Part shown: piece by piece, positions 9,696 through 18,820 of the stretch
Layout of the letters: every line of letters begins with the position of its first letter
Numbering within the stretch: the stretch's first letter is position 1
From: a virus
Lineage: Duplodnaviria > Caudoviricetes
Virus record (IMG/VR): IMGVR_UViG_3300036802_000127
Span: 1 to 37,454 of that record
Length of the DNA stretch: 37,454 bases
Direction: 5' to 3' (one strand)
The notes under the pieces: generated by a model
What the model saw: the letters and a program-made list of their open reading frames with translations, nothing else
Told to the model about the DNA's origin: nothing
Database searches by the model: none
Made by a program: the position numbers and the translations under genes

Positions 9696-9818
9696 TTATT
9701 TTAGGATGCCTGCTTGTACAAAAATGTTTCTCCATGCTGTTTCAACACGATATCTTTCAACTGATTTACCTCTACGAGCGATTGCTTTCCTAACTTTTCG
9801 TTTTTTATGCTTTTTCAT
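9696..9818 (-). CDS. DUF3983-like small basic protein (40 aa, not in ORF track)
   Basis: MKKHKKRKVRKAIARRGK...AWRNIFVQAGILK; AAGGGGG RBS. Confidence 0.75.
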   Translation of the reverse strand: MKKHKKRKVRKAIARRGKSVERYRVETAWRNIFVQAGILK

Positions 9819-10005
9819 CGTTTTTCCCCCTTGTAATTTCACCTCAAACCGATGAATCATTTTATATGCTGTTATTACACGTTTTTAGACGTTCTAACGT
9901 CCACATGACCTATTGCATTCAGAATTAATTTAAACGTTTAATTTCCTTATTATATAGAGCCGTTTTTTTGGCAAAATGAAAAGTTAGCTTTTGCTAGCTG
10001 CTCTT

Positions 10006-10152
10006 TTAATCATTCATTATTTCCCCGAATATAACGCTTGCTGTATAGTCGTAACAACGTTCGCATAACCACTCATTACGAGCTGGACTGTAACGGACCA
10101 TTGTCTTTTCTTCATCGCATAAGTCACACGTTCCGACTTTATCCTCTTCCAT
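10006..10152 (-). CDS. Small zinc-ribbon protein (48 aa, not in ORF track)
   Basis: CDLC...CERC; AAAAGGGG RBS. Confidence 0.7.
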   Translation of the reverse strand: MEEDKVGTCDLCDEEKTMVRYSPARNEWLCERCYDYTASVIFGEIMND

Positions 10153-10180
10153 ATCCATTCCCCTTTTCTACAAAATGATT

Positions 10181-10507
10181 TTATAAGAACTTAATATATA
10201 TAAATCGTTTATCATTAATCTGATTGCTATATATGTCATGTTTCTTAAACAACAGACTGAATATATTCTGCAATAAGTATTTTTTAAAAGATTTCTTTAT
10301 ATGCGGTAACCTTTCCCAATCTTCTTTTTCTTTATCTAACTGACTTTGAACAAATTTCCAACCTCCCCTAAGATCAATAACATGTGTTGAAAAACAAGTT
10401 CTTATTTCTTTAACTTGGAACTTCCAATCCAAAACTGCAACGTAATGAGGCAAAGGCGACGGCTTTACAATTTCTCCATTATCAAATTGAAAATATAACT
10501 TGTACAA
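10181..10507 (-). CDS. Hypothetical protein (cassette)
   Basis: 108 aa; TTG start after AAGGGGTG. Confidence 0.7.
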   Translation of the reverse strand: MYKLYFQFDNGEIVKPSPLPHYVAVLDWKFQVKEIRTCFSTHVIDLRGGWKFVQSQLDKEKEDWERLPHIKKSFKKYLLQNIFSLLFKKHDIYSNQINDKRFIYIKFL

Positions 10508-10538
10508 AGAATCACCCCTTTTCTACAAAATGAAATTT

Positions 10539-10943
10539 TTATAACACTTCATCATGATTAATTTGTTTTGAAATAACTTTAGCCTCATGACCGTAATACC
10601 CATTATGTTCGTTATAAGCGACAAACTGGAGAGTACCTTTAGATGTGACAATATCAACGAACATCACATCACCTTCAAAATACTCACTTTCTATATCCAA
10701 ATCATGCTTTTCAAGAAGACCCTCTTTTAATTCTGTATCAGTTATTTTTATGTCAATGAGTTGTGCTCCTATAAAATCATTGAAGTCATCTTCTGACATA
10801 AAGTAACCAAAGTTTTCACAGCATGACTGCTCATCATCAATCAATAGCTTGATTACCTGTTCGTTTGTTGTAATAGCGTAACCACTCATGTTTGACCATT
10901 GTACTTTTTCTTGATATTCTTCAATCTTTAAAATTTGTTCCAT
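10539..10943 (-). CDS. Conserved phage hypothetical protein (cassette)
   Basis: 134 aa acidic; QSCCE and NEHNGYYG motifs. Confidence 0.8.
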   Translation of the reverse strand: MEQILKIEEYQEKVQWSNMSGYAITTNEQVIKLLIDDEQSCCENFGYFMSEDDFNDFIGAQLIDIKITDTELKEGLLEKHDLDIESEYFEGDVMFVDIVTSKGTLQFVAYNEHNGYYGHEAKVISKQINHDEVL

Positions 10944-10976
10944 TTTTCATTCTCCTTTTCTAATAAAATAGCGTTT

Positions 10977-11159
10977 TTATTTGTTATTTTTGTATTCCTT
11001 GTGTAAATCAGCTAACACATGAAATGTATTGTTTTGAATAAGTCTTAAAACTTCAAATGATTCATGTGGTGTTAGTCCCTCTTCTTCAACTAATCTTGCT
11101 AAACCAGTGATAATTAACTGTTGGCCGAAACTATTTTCATTAAATTCAACTTTCTTCAT
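10977..11159 (-). CDS. Hypothetical protein (cassette)
   Basis: 60 aa; AAGGAG RBS. Confidence 0.75.
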   Translation of the reverse strand: MKKVEFNENSFGQQLIITGLARLVEEEGLTPHESFEVLRLIQNNTFHVLADLHKEYKNNK

Positions 11160-11195
11160 TTCCCATTCTCCTTTTCTAATAAAATAACGCTTTTG

Positions 11196-11414
11196 TTACA
11201 ATTTATTTAATGACTCATCAATCACTTGCTTAATTTTCTTTTTACTTACTCCGTTGTTAACATCGTATTCGAAATTAAACCCACACTTACAAGTACGTTT
11301 GATCATATTGTCATCAACTTCTAATGTACCTTGACCATTACCAACAAATTGATTACCACAATTCGGACAATCGTTAATAAGTGGTGATATTCTCAAAAAA
11401 TCCATTGCGTTCAT
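11196..11414 (-). CDS. DUF3797-like zinc-binding protein (cassette)
   Basis: MNAMDFLRISPLINDCPNCGN...CKCG; true start at 11414 after AAGGAG. Confidence 0.75.
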   Translation of the reverse strand: MNAMDFLRISPLINDCPNCGNQFVGNGQGTLEVDDNMIKRTCKCGFNFEYDVNNGVSKKKIKQVIDESLNKL

Positions 11415-11416
11415 TT

Positions 11417-11599
11417 TTATCTTCTCCTTCTCCATCTTTTTGGTGTAAATACATAATGAATTGCGTCGGTTGTGTACATTACTGCTACCATAATCATTAG
11501 GAATGTACCTATTAACGGGAATCCTATAAGCCAATATCTTTTCTTTGTATAACTACTTGGTTTATGAAAATCTTTGAAAGGGTCAAATCCACCTATCAT
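11417..11599 (-). CDS. Small membrane protein (cassette)
   Basis: 60 aa, one hydrophobic segment, basic C-terminus; AGGAGG RBS. Confidence 0.7.
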   Translation of the reverse strand: MIGGFDPFKDFHKPSSYTKKRYWLIGFPLIGTFLMIMVAVMYTTDAIHYVFTPKRWRRRR

Positions 11600-11636
11600 T
11601 TTTCATCCTCCTTTTTAATAAAATTCAAATTTGGTC

Positions 11637-12140
11637 TTAATATCCGTTTGCTAGTCGATCGTAATTAACCTGGTTCTTTTCGAAATAAGCCTTTTCCATG
11701 TCTTCGTATGTCATGCCTAATTTCAATCCAATTACAATTAAAGCTACAAATGCATTTCCGTAATCAAATTCATCATTAAACTCGCCTTTATAAATAGCCT
11801 CAAACGTAAAGTGGTAAGAAACCTCATCCTTTTTGTTAAGTAAAATATCACCATCATTTAACTCATGAGACAGAACGTAATCAACATGACCATACTTATT
11901 ACCCAAACTCGCTATAAAGTGCATGCAGTCCGCCCATTCATCATATTGACATGCCTTGTCATCCTTTTTGTTTTTCTTCCAATATTTGAAGAACCCAATC
12001 TCATTACTTAACTCACCTAACTCCGTATATAACGCCTGTGTCACATCACCAGTTAAGTTTTTACCTTCTAACCCATGAACCTCAACAACCTTACGATCTA
12101 GCTTGTCCTGCGCCTCAAAAATCTTTTGTATGTTTAACAT
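11637..12140 (-). CDS. dut: Dimeric (all-alpha) dUTPase
   Basis: ELGEL..E..FFKYWK, DEWADCMHF, YFEKNQVNYDR motifs (dUTPase_2). Confidence 0.88.
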   Translation of the reverse strand: MLNIQKIFEAQDKLDRKVVEVHGLEGKNLTGDVTQALYTELGELSNEIGFFKYWKKNKKDDKACQYDEWADCMHFIASLGNKYGHVDYVLSHELNDGDILLNKKDEVSYHFTFEAIYKGEFNDEFDYGNAFVALIVIGLKLGMTYEDMEKAYFEKNQVNYDRLANGY

Positions 12141-12153
12141 CCTTATCCGCTCC

Positions 12154-12321
12154 TTATAAGTAACTTTTCAATTTCTCTTTCTGTTTCTTCAACACTTCCA
12201 AGGAAAGCTTCGTCTTTCGCTTCTCGTTATCCAATCCCACCAAGTGATATTCCATCTTACGAATCTCGCTTTCTACTACTTTAAGCTCACCTTCCACCTG
12301 TATTTTGGTTTCTTTCTTCAT
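12154..12321 (-). CDS. Coiled-coil hypothetical protein (55 aa, not in ORF track)
   Basis: GGAGGG RBS; MKKETKIQVEGELKVVESEIRKM... Confidence 0.7.
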   Translation of the reverse strand: MKKETKIQVEGELKVVESEIRKMEYHLVGLDNEKRKTKLSLEVLKKQKEKLKSYL

Positions 12322-12331
12322 GCAATCCCTC

Positions 12332-12568
12332 CTAAAATCCTAATTCATCCTCAAATTCTTTCCTTTCAAATCCTGCAAGTACATTTCCACTAGGGAATAC
12401 TGTTACTGGCGCTGCATTATATCCGTAAGTATCAAACTCTTTTCTGTATTCTTCCTTTTCCTCTATATTTCTCTCTTCAAATTCCATCTCCGCTGCCTTT
12501 AATCCAAATTTCACATGCATACAGTTAGGGCAATTATGCTTCGTATAAACAATGATCTTAGTTGCCAT
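12332..12568 (-). CDS. Glutaredoxin / NrdH-like redoxin
   Basis: IIVYTKHNCPNC active site and AAPVT cis-Pro motif. Confidence 0.88.
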   Translation of the reverse strand: MATKIIVYTKHNCPNCMHVKFGLKAAEMEFEERNIEEKEEYRKEFDTYGYNAAPVTVFPSGNVLAGFERKEFEDELGF

Positions 12569-12637
12569 TCTCTTCATTCTCCTTCGCTTCCGCTAGTAAT
12601 TTAGTAATTTCATAAGCGCCATGCTCTGTATGCCTCA

Positions 12638-12784
12638 TTAGTTTTCCTCCTTAGTGACTCTAAGAATGTACATAACTCTGTTTTCATAATCAGGATAGTC
12701 TGCACAGTCGTTATCCCAGCGGTCACGCTCATGTAGCATAGCTTTGATAGCTTCCTCTGGGGTGTACGAATCCTTTAATCTCAT
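12638..12784 (-). CDS. Hypothetical protein (48 aa, not in ORF track)
   Basis: GGAGG RBS, ATGA coupling with upstream gene; MRLKDSYTPEEAIKAML... Confidence 0.65.
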   Translation of the reverse strand: MRLKDSYTPEEAIKAMLHERDRWDNDCADYPDYENRVMYILRVTKEEN

Positions 12785-13062
12785 GAGACCGCCTCCTGTT
12801 TAGTTCTTGACCATCCTTTTTCTAAGTGTAGATTGTTACCTTTAACGCAAATCAACTCTCCATAGGAATACTCATCGCCGCCGAACTCTACCCAGTTTTC
12901 TCCCCAACCCTCAAAGTCTCGGTGCCACTTGAATGTAGGGTCTTGATGGTGCCAGCTAAACCAAAACATATTTGGGTTTCTCTTATCGTCCATTCTGATG
13001 TTGTTTAAGTCCTCGCAGTCAATCCCTAGTTTTTCTAATTGTCTATTCCTTGTATGTCTCAT
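12781..13062 (-). CDS. Hypothetical protein
   Basis: MRHTRNRQLEKLG...; Trp-rich. Confidence 0.65.
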   Translation of the reverse strand: MRHTRNRQLEKLGIDCEDLNNIRMDDKRNPNMFWFSWHHQDPTFKWHRDFEGWGENWVEFGGDEYSYGELICVKGNNLHLEKGWSRTKQEAVS

Positions 13063-13192
13063 TCTCCCCATCTCCTTTTATCAATTCGAATAACTCTTTT
13101 TCACTCATTTCATAAAGCTGACGTCCTGTATTTTCTTCTTTGTAAATTCCCTTATGTATCAAGACATCGATGTATATTTGTTTCCTGTCCAT
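13043..13192 (-). CDS. Fur-regulated basic protein FbpA-like
   Basis: 49 aa RKQIYIDVLIHKGIYK...RQLYEMSEKEL; AAGGAG RBS. Confidence 0.7.
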   Translation of the reverse strand: MDRKQIYIDVLIHKGIYKEENTGRQLYEMSEKELFELIKGDGENETYKE

Positions 13193-13205
13193 TACTTCTC
13201 CTTGC

Positions 13206-13745
13206 TTAGAAAATGCCTGTTTTAAGATAATATCTAGCTTGATAATAGAATCTGTGATAAATATTGTGACCAATCATATTTTTGCTCATTGGTACTATTT
13301 CAAAGTTATATTTTGCTTTAAGACTTTCCAATCGACCTTTTAAAGCTTTCGGATCGTATCTACTTCGATACATCCCCTTCGCTATTTTTTCATCAAAGTC
13401 AGGCTCTTCCACAAATAATACAAACTTGCTATTTTGCGCTCTTATTAATTCATTAATAAATCTCTGTTGAGTGTCTTTTTGTAAATTACTTGTGATTTCA
13501 TCTATTCCGTTTTTCCGTTCAACGAAACAATCTAAGTAAATATCGCGATGGATTCCCAACTCTTCATTTTTTGGAATCATGCAAGAGTAATCTCCATGAT
13601 CTAATTTTTGATTTTTTATTGGTACATTTTTTTGATGTAAATAATCACGGATATGTTCATTTTTGTTTTCGCGAGTATCAATTACAATCGTTAGTGTTTT
13701 AAGGATTGTGTCTATTTCTTTATCTGTGTAATGGAAACGAATCAT
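13206..13745 (-). CDS. ERCC4-domain nuclease (probable resolvase)
   Basis: IDTRE, GDY, VERK motifs. Confidence 0.88.
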   Translation of the reverse strand: MIRFHYTDKEIDTILKTLTIVIDTRENKNEHIRDYLHQKNVPIKNQKLDHGDYSCMIPKNEELGIHRDIYLDCFVERKNGIDEITSNLQKDTQQRFINELIRAQNSKFVLFVEEPDFDEKIAKGMYRSRYDPKALKGRLESLKAKYNFEIVPMSKNMIGHNIYHRFYYQARYYLKTGIF

Positions 13746-13747
13746 CC

Positions 13748-14185
13748 TTACGCCCCTTTCCTTGCATATAAAACCGCACGTTCATATATCTTTCTTACCA
13801 TCGCATTCGATTCATCATTTTCAAACGGTCGATAATCATCATACATATCTGTCCAACCATTCTTAGCAAGTACAATCGTCCAGTCATAGAACATTTGTAA
13901 CGAATTCGTATCAGCAAGCAACCATTCATTTAATTTTTGGTTATGTTTCCAACCAGAAAACTCATAAAAAATCTTCAATATCGTAACTTTTTCGTTATTT
14001 GCATCCTTCCAGGACTTAAACCAAGTATCAATTCCGTTGAAATTCTTTTCGGCAGCTTGCATGACTTCCACAGGAATTAAGTTCTGTCGTGTTATTCCAA
14101 TTCGTCCATCCTTCGGATCAAGATAAATATTTGCGCCTGATTTCCAAATCTCGCTTATAATTTCTAAAACTTTCAAATCTATCAC
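13748..14185 (-). CDS. Conserved hypothetical protein downstream of primase
   Basis: 145 aa; GAGG RBS. Confidence 0.7.
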   Translation of the reverse strand: MIDLKVLEIISEIWKSGANIYLDPKDGRIGITRQNLIPVEVMQAAEKNFNGIDTWFKSWKDANNEKVTILKIFYEFSGWKHNQKLNEWLLADTNSLQMFYDWTIVLAKNGWTDMYDDYRPFENDESNAMVRKIYERAVLYARKGA

Positions 14186-14194
14186 CTCTGTTAT

Positions 14195-14500
14195 CAGAAA
14201 CTACTAAATTGTTACTGAAAAACGCCTAAAATCAGCATGTGTTACTAAAAAGTAACACGGTTTAGCCTTAGAGCCACAAGGGATTGAGCCGCTTTTGTTA
14301 TTTTTGTTACTCATTTTTGGTATAAGCGCTCCTAATAAGTGCTTATATATATATTATTTTTTGTTTATATATATTTTTAATAACAAAAGTAACAAAAAGA
14401 GTATAAAAAGTACCTTGAACCCTTGGTACATAAGGGTTTTAAGAGATTTTAAATGTGTTACTTTTAGTAACACTTTCGCTATTTCCATCGTTTTTCAGTA
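14195..14500. repeat. Putative lytic replication origin (GTTACT/AGTAAC repeats)
   Basis: Many direct and inverted GTTAC(T)/(A)GTAAC units (e.g. GTTACTAAAAAGTAAC, GTGTTACTTTTAGTAACAC) around a TATATATATA AT-rich core at the 3' end of the primase-helicase. Confidence 0.6.
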
Positions 14501-16802
14501 ACTTTTGCTGTGTAAAAGTATTTTTTCGCTCTGTTAAAGTAACACCTTGGATAAAATACTTATTTCTGTTGCCACGTTCTCTTTTGAATCCTTGTGTTTC
14601 TAAAATTCGATAAAACGCTCTATTTTTTAATTGATGTTCGCCATTTCTAAAGCACCAATTGGCGTAAACTTCATATAATTCTTTTGCTTCAATCTGAACG
14701 TCTTCTCTTTTGAAACAACATTCGAACATAAACGGTCCGAGTATATCCATTTCCTCTTTATAATCACCAGTTGCTTTCATAACAATTGCCGGATCATTTA
14801 ATCCCGACTGCTGCCACTTCAAGCAACCCTCAATTGCCCAATTTAGAATGCCTGGCATTTCAAGACTTAATTTTTCGGGTAATTTCTTATCACGTTTTTC
14901 TTTTGGCAACTGTAGGTTGAATGGAATTAAACGAATACGTCTCCAAATCCCTTCATCAACGCCTTTTATTACTGGTTTATGGTTTGTAGTGAAGAACACT
15001 TTAAACTCTGGTATGAACTCGAAAAACTCTTGTCTAAGGAAACGTGCTAATACTGGCTCACCGCCTGTTATTTGCTTTACAAAAGCTTCAGATAGTTGTT
15101 CCCCGTCTTCACTTTCAATTGCGGATACAAAGCGCGAACCAACTAATCTAGCGATATCGTTATTAGCTCCAGTTTCTTTCTTTTTAATGAAAGTATCTGA
15201 CTTAGCCTGTCTGCCGTAATCGCCCATAATATCTTTGATAATATTGATAAAGGTTGATTTACCATTCGAACCTCCACCGATTAAGAAGACCATGATCTGC
15301 TCTGTAATCTCTCCAGTAAGGGAATAACCGATTAACCGCTGCATGTATTCAGCTAGTTCTTTATCACCTTGGAAAATTTGATCCAAGAAATTAAGCCATT
15401 CAGGACATTTTGCATTTTCATCAAAAGCTATATTTGTAATTTTAGTTAAACCAAGTTCTCTGTCATGTTGCTGCAGCTTACCTGTTTTCAAATCAACAAT
15501 GCCGTTTTCTACATTTAATAAATACTTATGCTTATCAAACTCTTGTCGCTCTCCTGGAACCAATGGCATAAGGTCCTTAATACTATTCATTCGGACATTT
15601 CTACGCTCACACATCCGTGCCCATTTCATTTCTGATTCATCTTCAGATTTATTAAGACCACGAAGCACCTTTGCTGTAATTCTTTCAATTTCTTTTTTGT
15701 TGTCTATCCTCCATCGTTTCCCATCCCATATAAACCAACCAATATCATTAACAAATTTGATTACATGGCCATATTCATAAGCGATACGTTCAGCGTTTCC
15801 TAGTTCTGTTAAACGGAATTTCTTTTTAGGCTTGTCCTCCACAACTTCAGCTACATCTTCATTTATAAAATCAAATGAAAATTCTTCGAATTCCTGTTTG
15901 TTGTCTAATATAGTTGTGGAGGTAGATGAAATAGCCTCTGCTATTGTTCTTTCACCATAAGTTTCGTTTGTATCACTAAAATGGATAACATCCCATTTAT
16001 CACGTATAAGGCTTGATTCACGGAACATCGCGTCCATTCGAGGTGCTGAATTACCTGTCCAGAATGCTAAATGATTACATAAAGACTGATCACTTCCAGA
16101 ATGATCACCATTAATTAAGTCTCCATTGAATAATGATCGAATTTTGTCACCATTCTTACTACGGAACATTTTCTCCCATAAAGCTTCATTTGAAAGTTTG
16201 ATTTCATCTTTTTCAAATTCCGCTAAATTCACTCGCCCTTGGATATCACTATCGTCAAAATACTGTTCAAACACTTCCGCTAGTTCATCCGTGCGATCGT
16301 AAACATCATTTGAATTTTCACGGTTTCCAGTGAAGGTGAAGAAACGGCCGTATGAGTAAATTTCTAAACCGTGTTTTGTATTTTTCCTTCCTGTACCTAA
16401 AACAGATTGTGGAAGGCTACCTTTGATGATGATGTGGATGCCTTTCTCTGAAGGTGAAAACTCTGTATAACTATCTAATGTATCGATAATTTCCGTTGCA
16501 AAAACATTTGTTTTTCCGTCCACAACACACTTATCAATATCTATTCCTATATAGTTGTCCTGCCTACTAAACACGAAACCTATTCCGTCATAATCACCTT
16601 CTAAGTAAAATTTGACCGCTGTTGCAAATGTTGACCAGGTACGCCTGTTATTTGCTTGCGCCATTTCACCAGTTACTTGGCACGGAACTTTTGTCTGCTT
16701 ACCATTTCGTGTTTCGAACTTCCACAAAATCCATTGAGGAAGGGCCTTTAACTCGGCAGGAATTTCATTAAAATTGTATGGATTCTTTTTCATGTTGCTC
16801 AT
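14439..16802 (-). CDS. PrimPol (AEP) + D5/P4-family SF3 helicase (primase-polymerase-helicase)
   Basis: GIDID, EFSPS..GIH N-terminal motifs; D5_N; Walker A GGGSNGKST; VKQITGGE, TTNHKP, WRRIRLIPF; exact start uncertain (16793-16817). Confidence 0.92.
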   Translation of the reverse strand: MSNMKKNPYNFNEIPAELKALPQWILWKFETRNGKQTKVPCQVTGEMAQANNRRTWSTFATAVKFYLEGDYDGIGFVFSRQDNYIGIDIDKCVVDGKTNVFATEIIDTLDSYTEFSPSEKGIHIIIKGSLPQSVLGTGRKNTKHGLEIYSYGRFFTFTGNRENSNDVYDRTDELAEVFEQYFDDSDIQGRVNLAEFEKDEIKLSNEALWEKMFRSKNGDKIRSLFNGDLINGDHSGSDQSLCNHLAFWTGNSAPRMDAMFRESSLIRDKWDVIHFSDTNETYGERTIAEAISSTSTTILDNKQEFEEFSFDFINEDVAEVVEDKPKKKFRLTELGNAERIAYEYGHVIKFVNDIGWFIWDGKRWRIDNKKEIERITAKVLRGLNKSEDESEMKWARMCERRNVRMNSIKDLMPLVPGERQEFDKHKYLLNVENGIVDLKTGKLQQHDRELGLTKITNIAFDENAKCPEWLNFLDQIFQGDKELAEYMQRLIGYSLTGEITEQIMVFLIGGGSNGKSTFINIIKDIMGDYGRQAKSDTFIKKKETGANNDIARLVGSRFVSAIESEDGEQLSEAFVKQITGGEPVLARFLRQEFFEFIPEFKVFFTTNHKPVIKGVDEGIWRRIRLIPFNLQLPKEKRDKKLPEKLSLEMPGILNWAIEGCLKWQQSGLNDPAIVMKATGDYKEEMDILGPFMFECCFKREDVQIEAKELYEVYANWCFRNGEHQLKNRAFYRILETQGFKRERGNRNKYFIQGVTLTERKNTFTQQKLLKNDGNSESVTKSNTFKIS

Positions 16803-16803
16803 C

Positions 16804-17025
16804 CTATTTATCTCCATCCTTATAAATCAATCCTTGACGAAACATATGAGCATGACACTCTTGAATCATTTTTGTACTGAAACGATATTTAGCCCAACTA
16901 TGACCGATTTCTTTTTTGACTTTACGAATAGCTTTTGATTTCGTAGGCTCTTGAATGCCAAATATAAACTGTCTACTAACACTACTCCAAATACCGTACA
17001 TACCTGTTTTTGGGCTTGTAGCCAT
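16804..17025 (-). CDS. Hypothetical protein
   Basis: 73 aa; GAGGTGG RBS. Confidence 0.7.
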   Translation of the reverse strand: MATSPKTGMYGIWSSVSRQFIFGIQEPTKSKAIRKVKKEIGHSWAKYRFSTKMIQECHAHMFRQGLIYKDGDK

Positions 17026-17057
17026 TGTTTTTCCACCTCATTTCACTGATTTTGGGT

Positions 17058-17092
17058 ATAAAAAAGAGAAGTCGGTTAAAACCAACCTCTCT
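17058..17092 (-). terminator. Rho-independent terminator after SSB
   Basis: AGAGAGGTTGGTT-tt-AACCGACTTCTCTTTTTT. Confidence 0.75.
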
Positions 17093-17101
17093 ATTTAGTT
17101 A

Positions 17102-17581
17102 TTAGAATGGTAAATCTGAATCACCGATAGTAATTGGTTCACCAACTGGTGATGGAGAATTTACTTTTGATACATCGAAATATCTCGCCTTAGGATATTT
17201 CTTAGTTTTGTCATTGCGGTCTTCTTGATGTTTAACAGTGATTAATAATGACTTGTTGAAAAGTTTATTCGCCATATCATCAGCACTATTGAATGACGTT
17301 CCATTTGGGAATCCGCAAGCTGCAATCAAGCTATTAATTCTTTTAATATTATTTTCTTGATATTCTGGATTAGCATTGTGGAAGTAGAATGTGTTATATA
17401 GGATTTTTGCTCCTTGATGTGGTTGTGGAACATCTGAACGAATTTCAAAGTCTAACTCTAAAGTTGGATTACCTTGAAAATCCTTTGCCGTTGCATTGAT
17501 TACGCTTGCTTCATATTTACCTTCCGCTACTAACTCAAAACCTGTACTTACGTTTGTTTCATCGAATTTAAAGAATGACAT
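17102..17581 (-). CDS. DUF669-family single-stranded DNA-binding protein
   Basis: AEGKYEASV; acidic C-terminal DSDLPF tail; next to Sak4. Confidence 0.85.
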   Translation of the reverse strand: MSFFKFDETNVSTGFELVAEGKYEASVINATAKDFQGNPTLELDFEIRSDVPQPHQGAKILYNTFYFHNANPEYQENNIKRINSLIAACGFPNGTSFNSADDMANKLFNKSLLITVKHQEDRNDKTKKYPKARYFDVSKVNSPSPVGEPITIGDSDLPF

Positions 17582-17757
17582 TATTTTTCCTCCTCGTATT
17601 CTACTAATTGGATATTTCTAGTTGGTACTATAGAGTTGCTAAACACGATTACTTTCTTATCAGCAACTAACTCAGCTAAGTGCTCTTTATTTTTGGCTTC
17701 CATAACTCCTGTAAAGAGTAACCCTCCATGAAGATGAACCTTAACTTTGAAATTCAT
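17581..17757 (-). CDS. Hypothetical protein (58 aa, not in ORF track)
   Basis: TAATG-coupled on both sides; MNFKVKVHLHGGLLFTG... Confidence 0.7.
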   Translation of the reverse strand: MNFKVKVHLHGGLLFTGVMEAKNKEHLAELVADKKVIVFSNSIVPTRNIQLVEYEEEK

Positions 17758-18434
17758 TATTTTTCCTCTCCATTTACTAGTATTAATTCTTCTTGTATGC
17801 AGCCTTTCCGCGCATCGAGATGGTTCTTAGCGAAGATACTTTGATTGCCTTCTAAAACAAATCCTCTTGTACCATCTGCCTTTTTAACTAATTGACCAAC
17901 AACATGAACAATTCCCATAATGTGATTGACGATTTTATCCCTAATGTCAGGAACGAATTGCGTGTATTGTTGACCATCATCATGAGTAATATTTCTTGTT
18001 GTTTCCCAAGCTGTGAAAATAACATTTGCATCTAATGAATTAAATGTTTCTACTAATTTCAAAAGATGATTATCTAGTAAAGCGTAGTCTTTTAATTCTG
18101 GCATACCGCTTTTAGTATTTTCACCTTTTTTAAGCAACCATAATTTTTGGTAATGCGTTAAGTTATCGATAAAGATGTTGTCATATTTAGCAATGTTTGT
18201 TTTAGCAATCCCAAAAAACTCTAAGATGCTATCATGTGGATTAACCCCATCTATTTTGGCTACATCTACATTTTCATATCCTTCTAACACTTGGCTTGTC
18301 CCATCAATATCCAGGACTAATGTTTTGCCTGGTAGCAACCCAGCAACCGTTGTTTTACCGTTACCCGGCTTTGAATAGATAATGATTTTTGCCTTTTTAC
18401 TTTTGGTAATTTGAGAACCGTTTGTGATTTCCAA
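17757..18434 (-). CDS. sak4: Sak4-like AAA_24 recombinase/annealase ATPase
   Basis: IYSKPGNGKTT Walker A, LDID, IFIDNLT, FTAWE, AKNHLD. Confidence 0.85.
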   Translation of the reverse strand: MEITNGSQITKSKKAKIIIYSKPGNGKTTVAGLLPGKTLVLDIDGTSQVLEGYENVDVAKIDGVNPHDSILEFFGIAKTNIAKYDNIFIDNLTHYQKLWLLKKGENTKSGMPELKDYALLDNHLLKLVETFNSLDANVIFTAWETTRNITHDDGQQYTQFVPDIRDKIVNHIMGIVHVVGQLVKKADGTRGFVLEGNQSIFAKNHLDARKGCIQEELILVNGEEK

Positions 18435-18439
18435 TTAAT

Positions 18440-18631
18440 TCACTCCTCTACCATTTTCCTAAGAATAAAGATTGAAGCTTCAATGTCTTTGATTTTGCCT
18501 TCAGTATCTTGGATATTTTGTTTAACGATTGGCTTCTTTTCTTCCATTCTTTCTAAATCACGTTGATAATCACCTAATCTTCGTTGTTCCACAGATAATG
18601 ACTTTTCTAATTCTTGAATACCAGCGTTCAA
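18440..18631 (-). CDS. Coiled-coil hypothetical protein
   Basis: 63 aa. Confidence 0.65.
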   Translation of the reverse strand: MNAGIQELEKSLSVEQRRLGDYQRDLERMEEKKPIVKQNIQDTEGKIKDIEASIFILRKMVEE

Positions 18632-18819
18632 AATGGAATCACCTCTTCTCGCTTAAGTTCCTCATATATTTCCATAAGATCCCGTAATCCATGCTCATAA
18701 GCAACAACCATTAATGAAGCATGTGGATCATCACTATGTTTATATCGTTCTATTAAATTCAGCGTGATTTGAATTTTAGATTCAATTCTTCCTTGCAGCA
18801 TCCAATCTTGTAAGTTCAT
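18628..18819 (-). CDS. Hypothetical protein
   Basis: MNLQDW...EEVIPF; start after AGGTGA. Confidence 0.65.
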   Translation of the reverse strand: MNLQDWMLQGRIESKIQITLNLIERYKHSDDPHASLMVVAYEHGLRDLMEIYEELKREEVIPF

Positions 18820-18820
18820 A

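Larger units (their letters stand above)
9970..11636. mobile_element. Putative array of site-bounded accessory gene cassettes
   Basis: Inverted-repeat sites at 11617-11636, 11178-11197, 10962-10981, 10524-10543, 10169-10185 (3 bp short) and a half site at 9970-9982, each exactly between genes. Confidence 0.6.
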
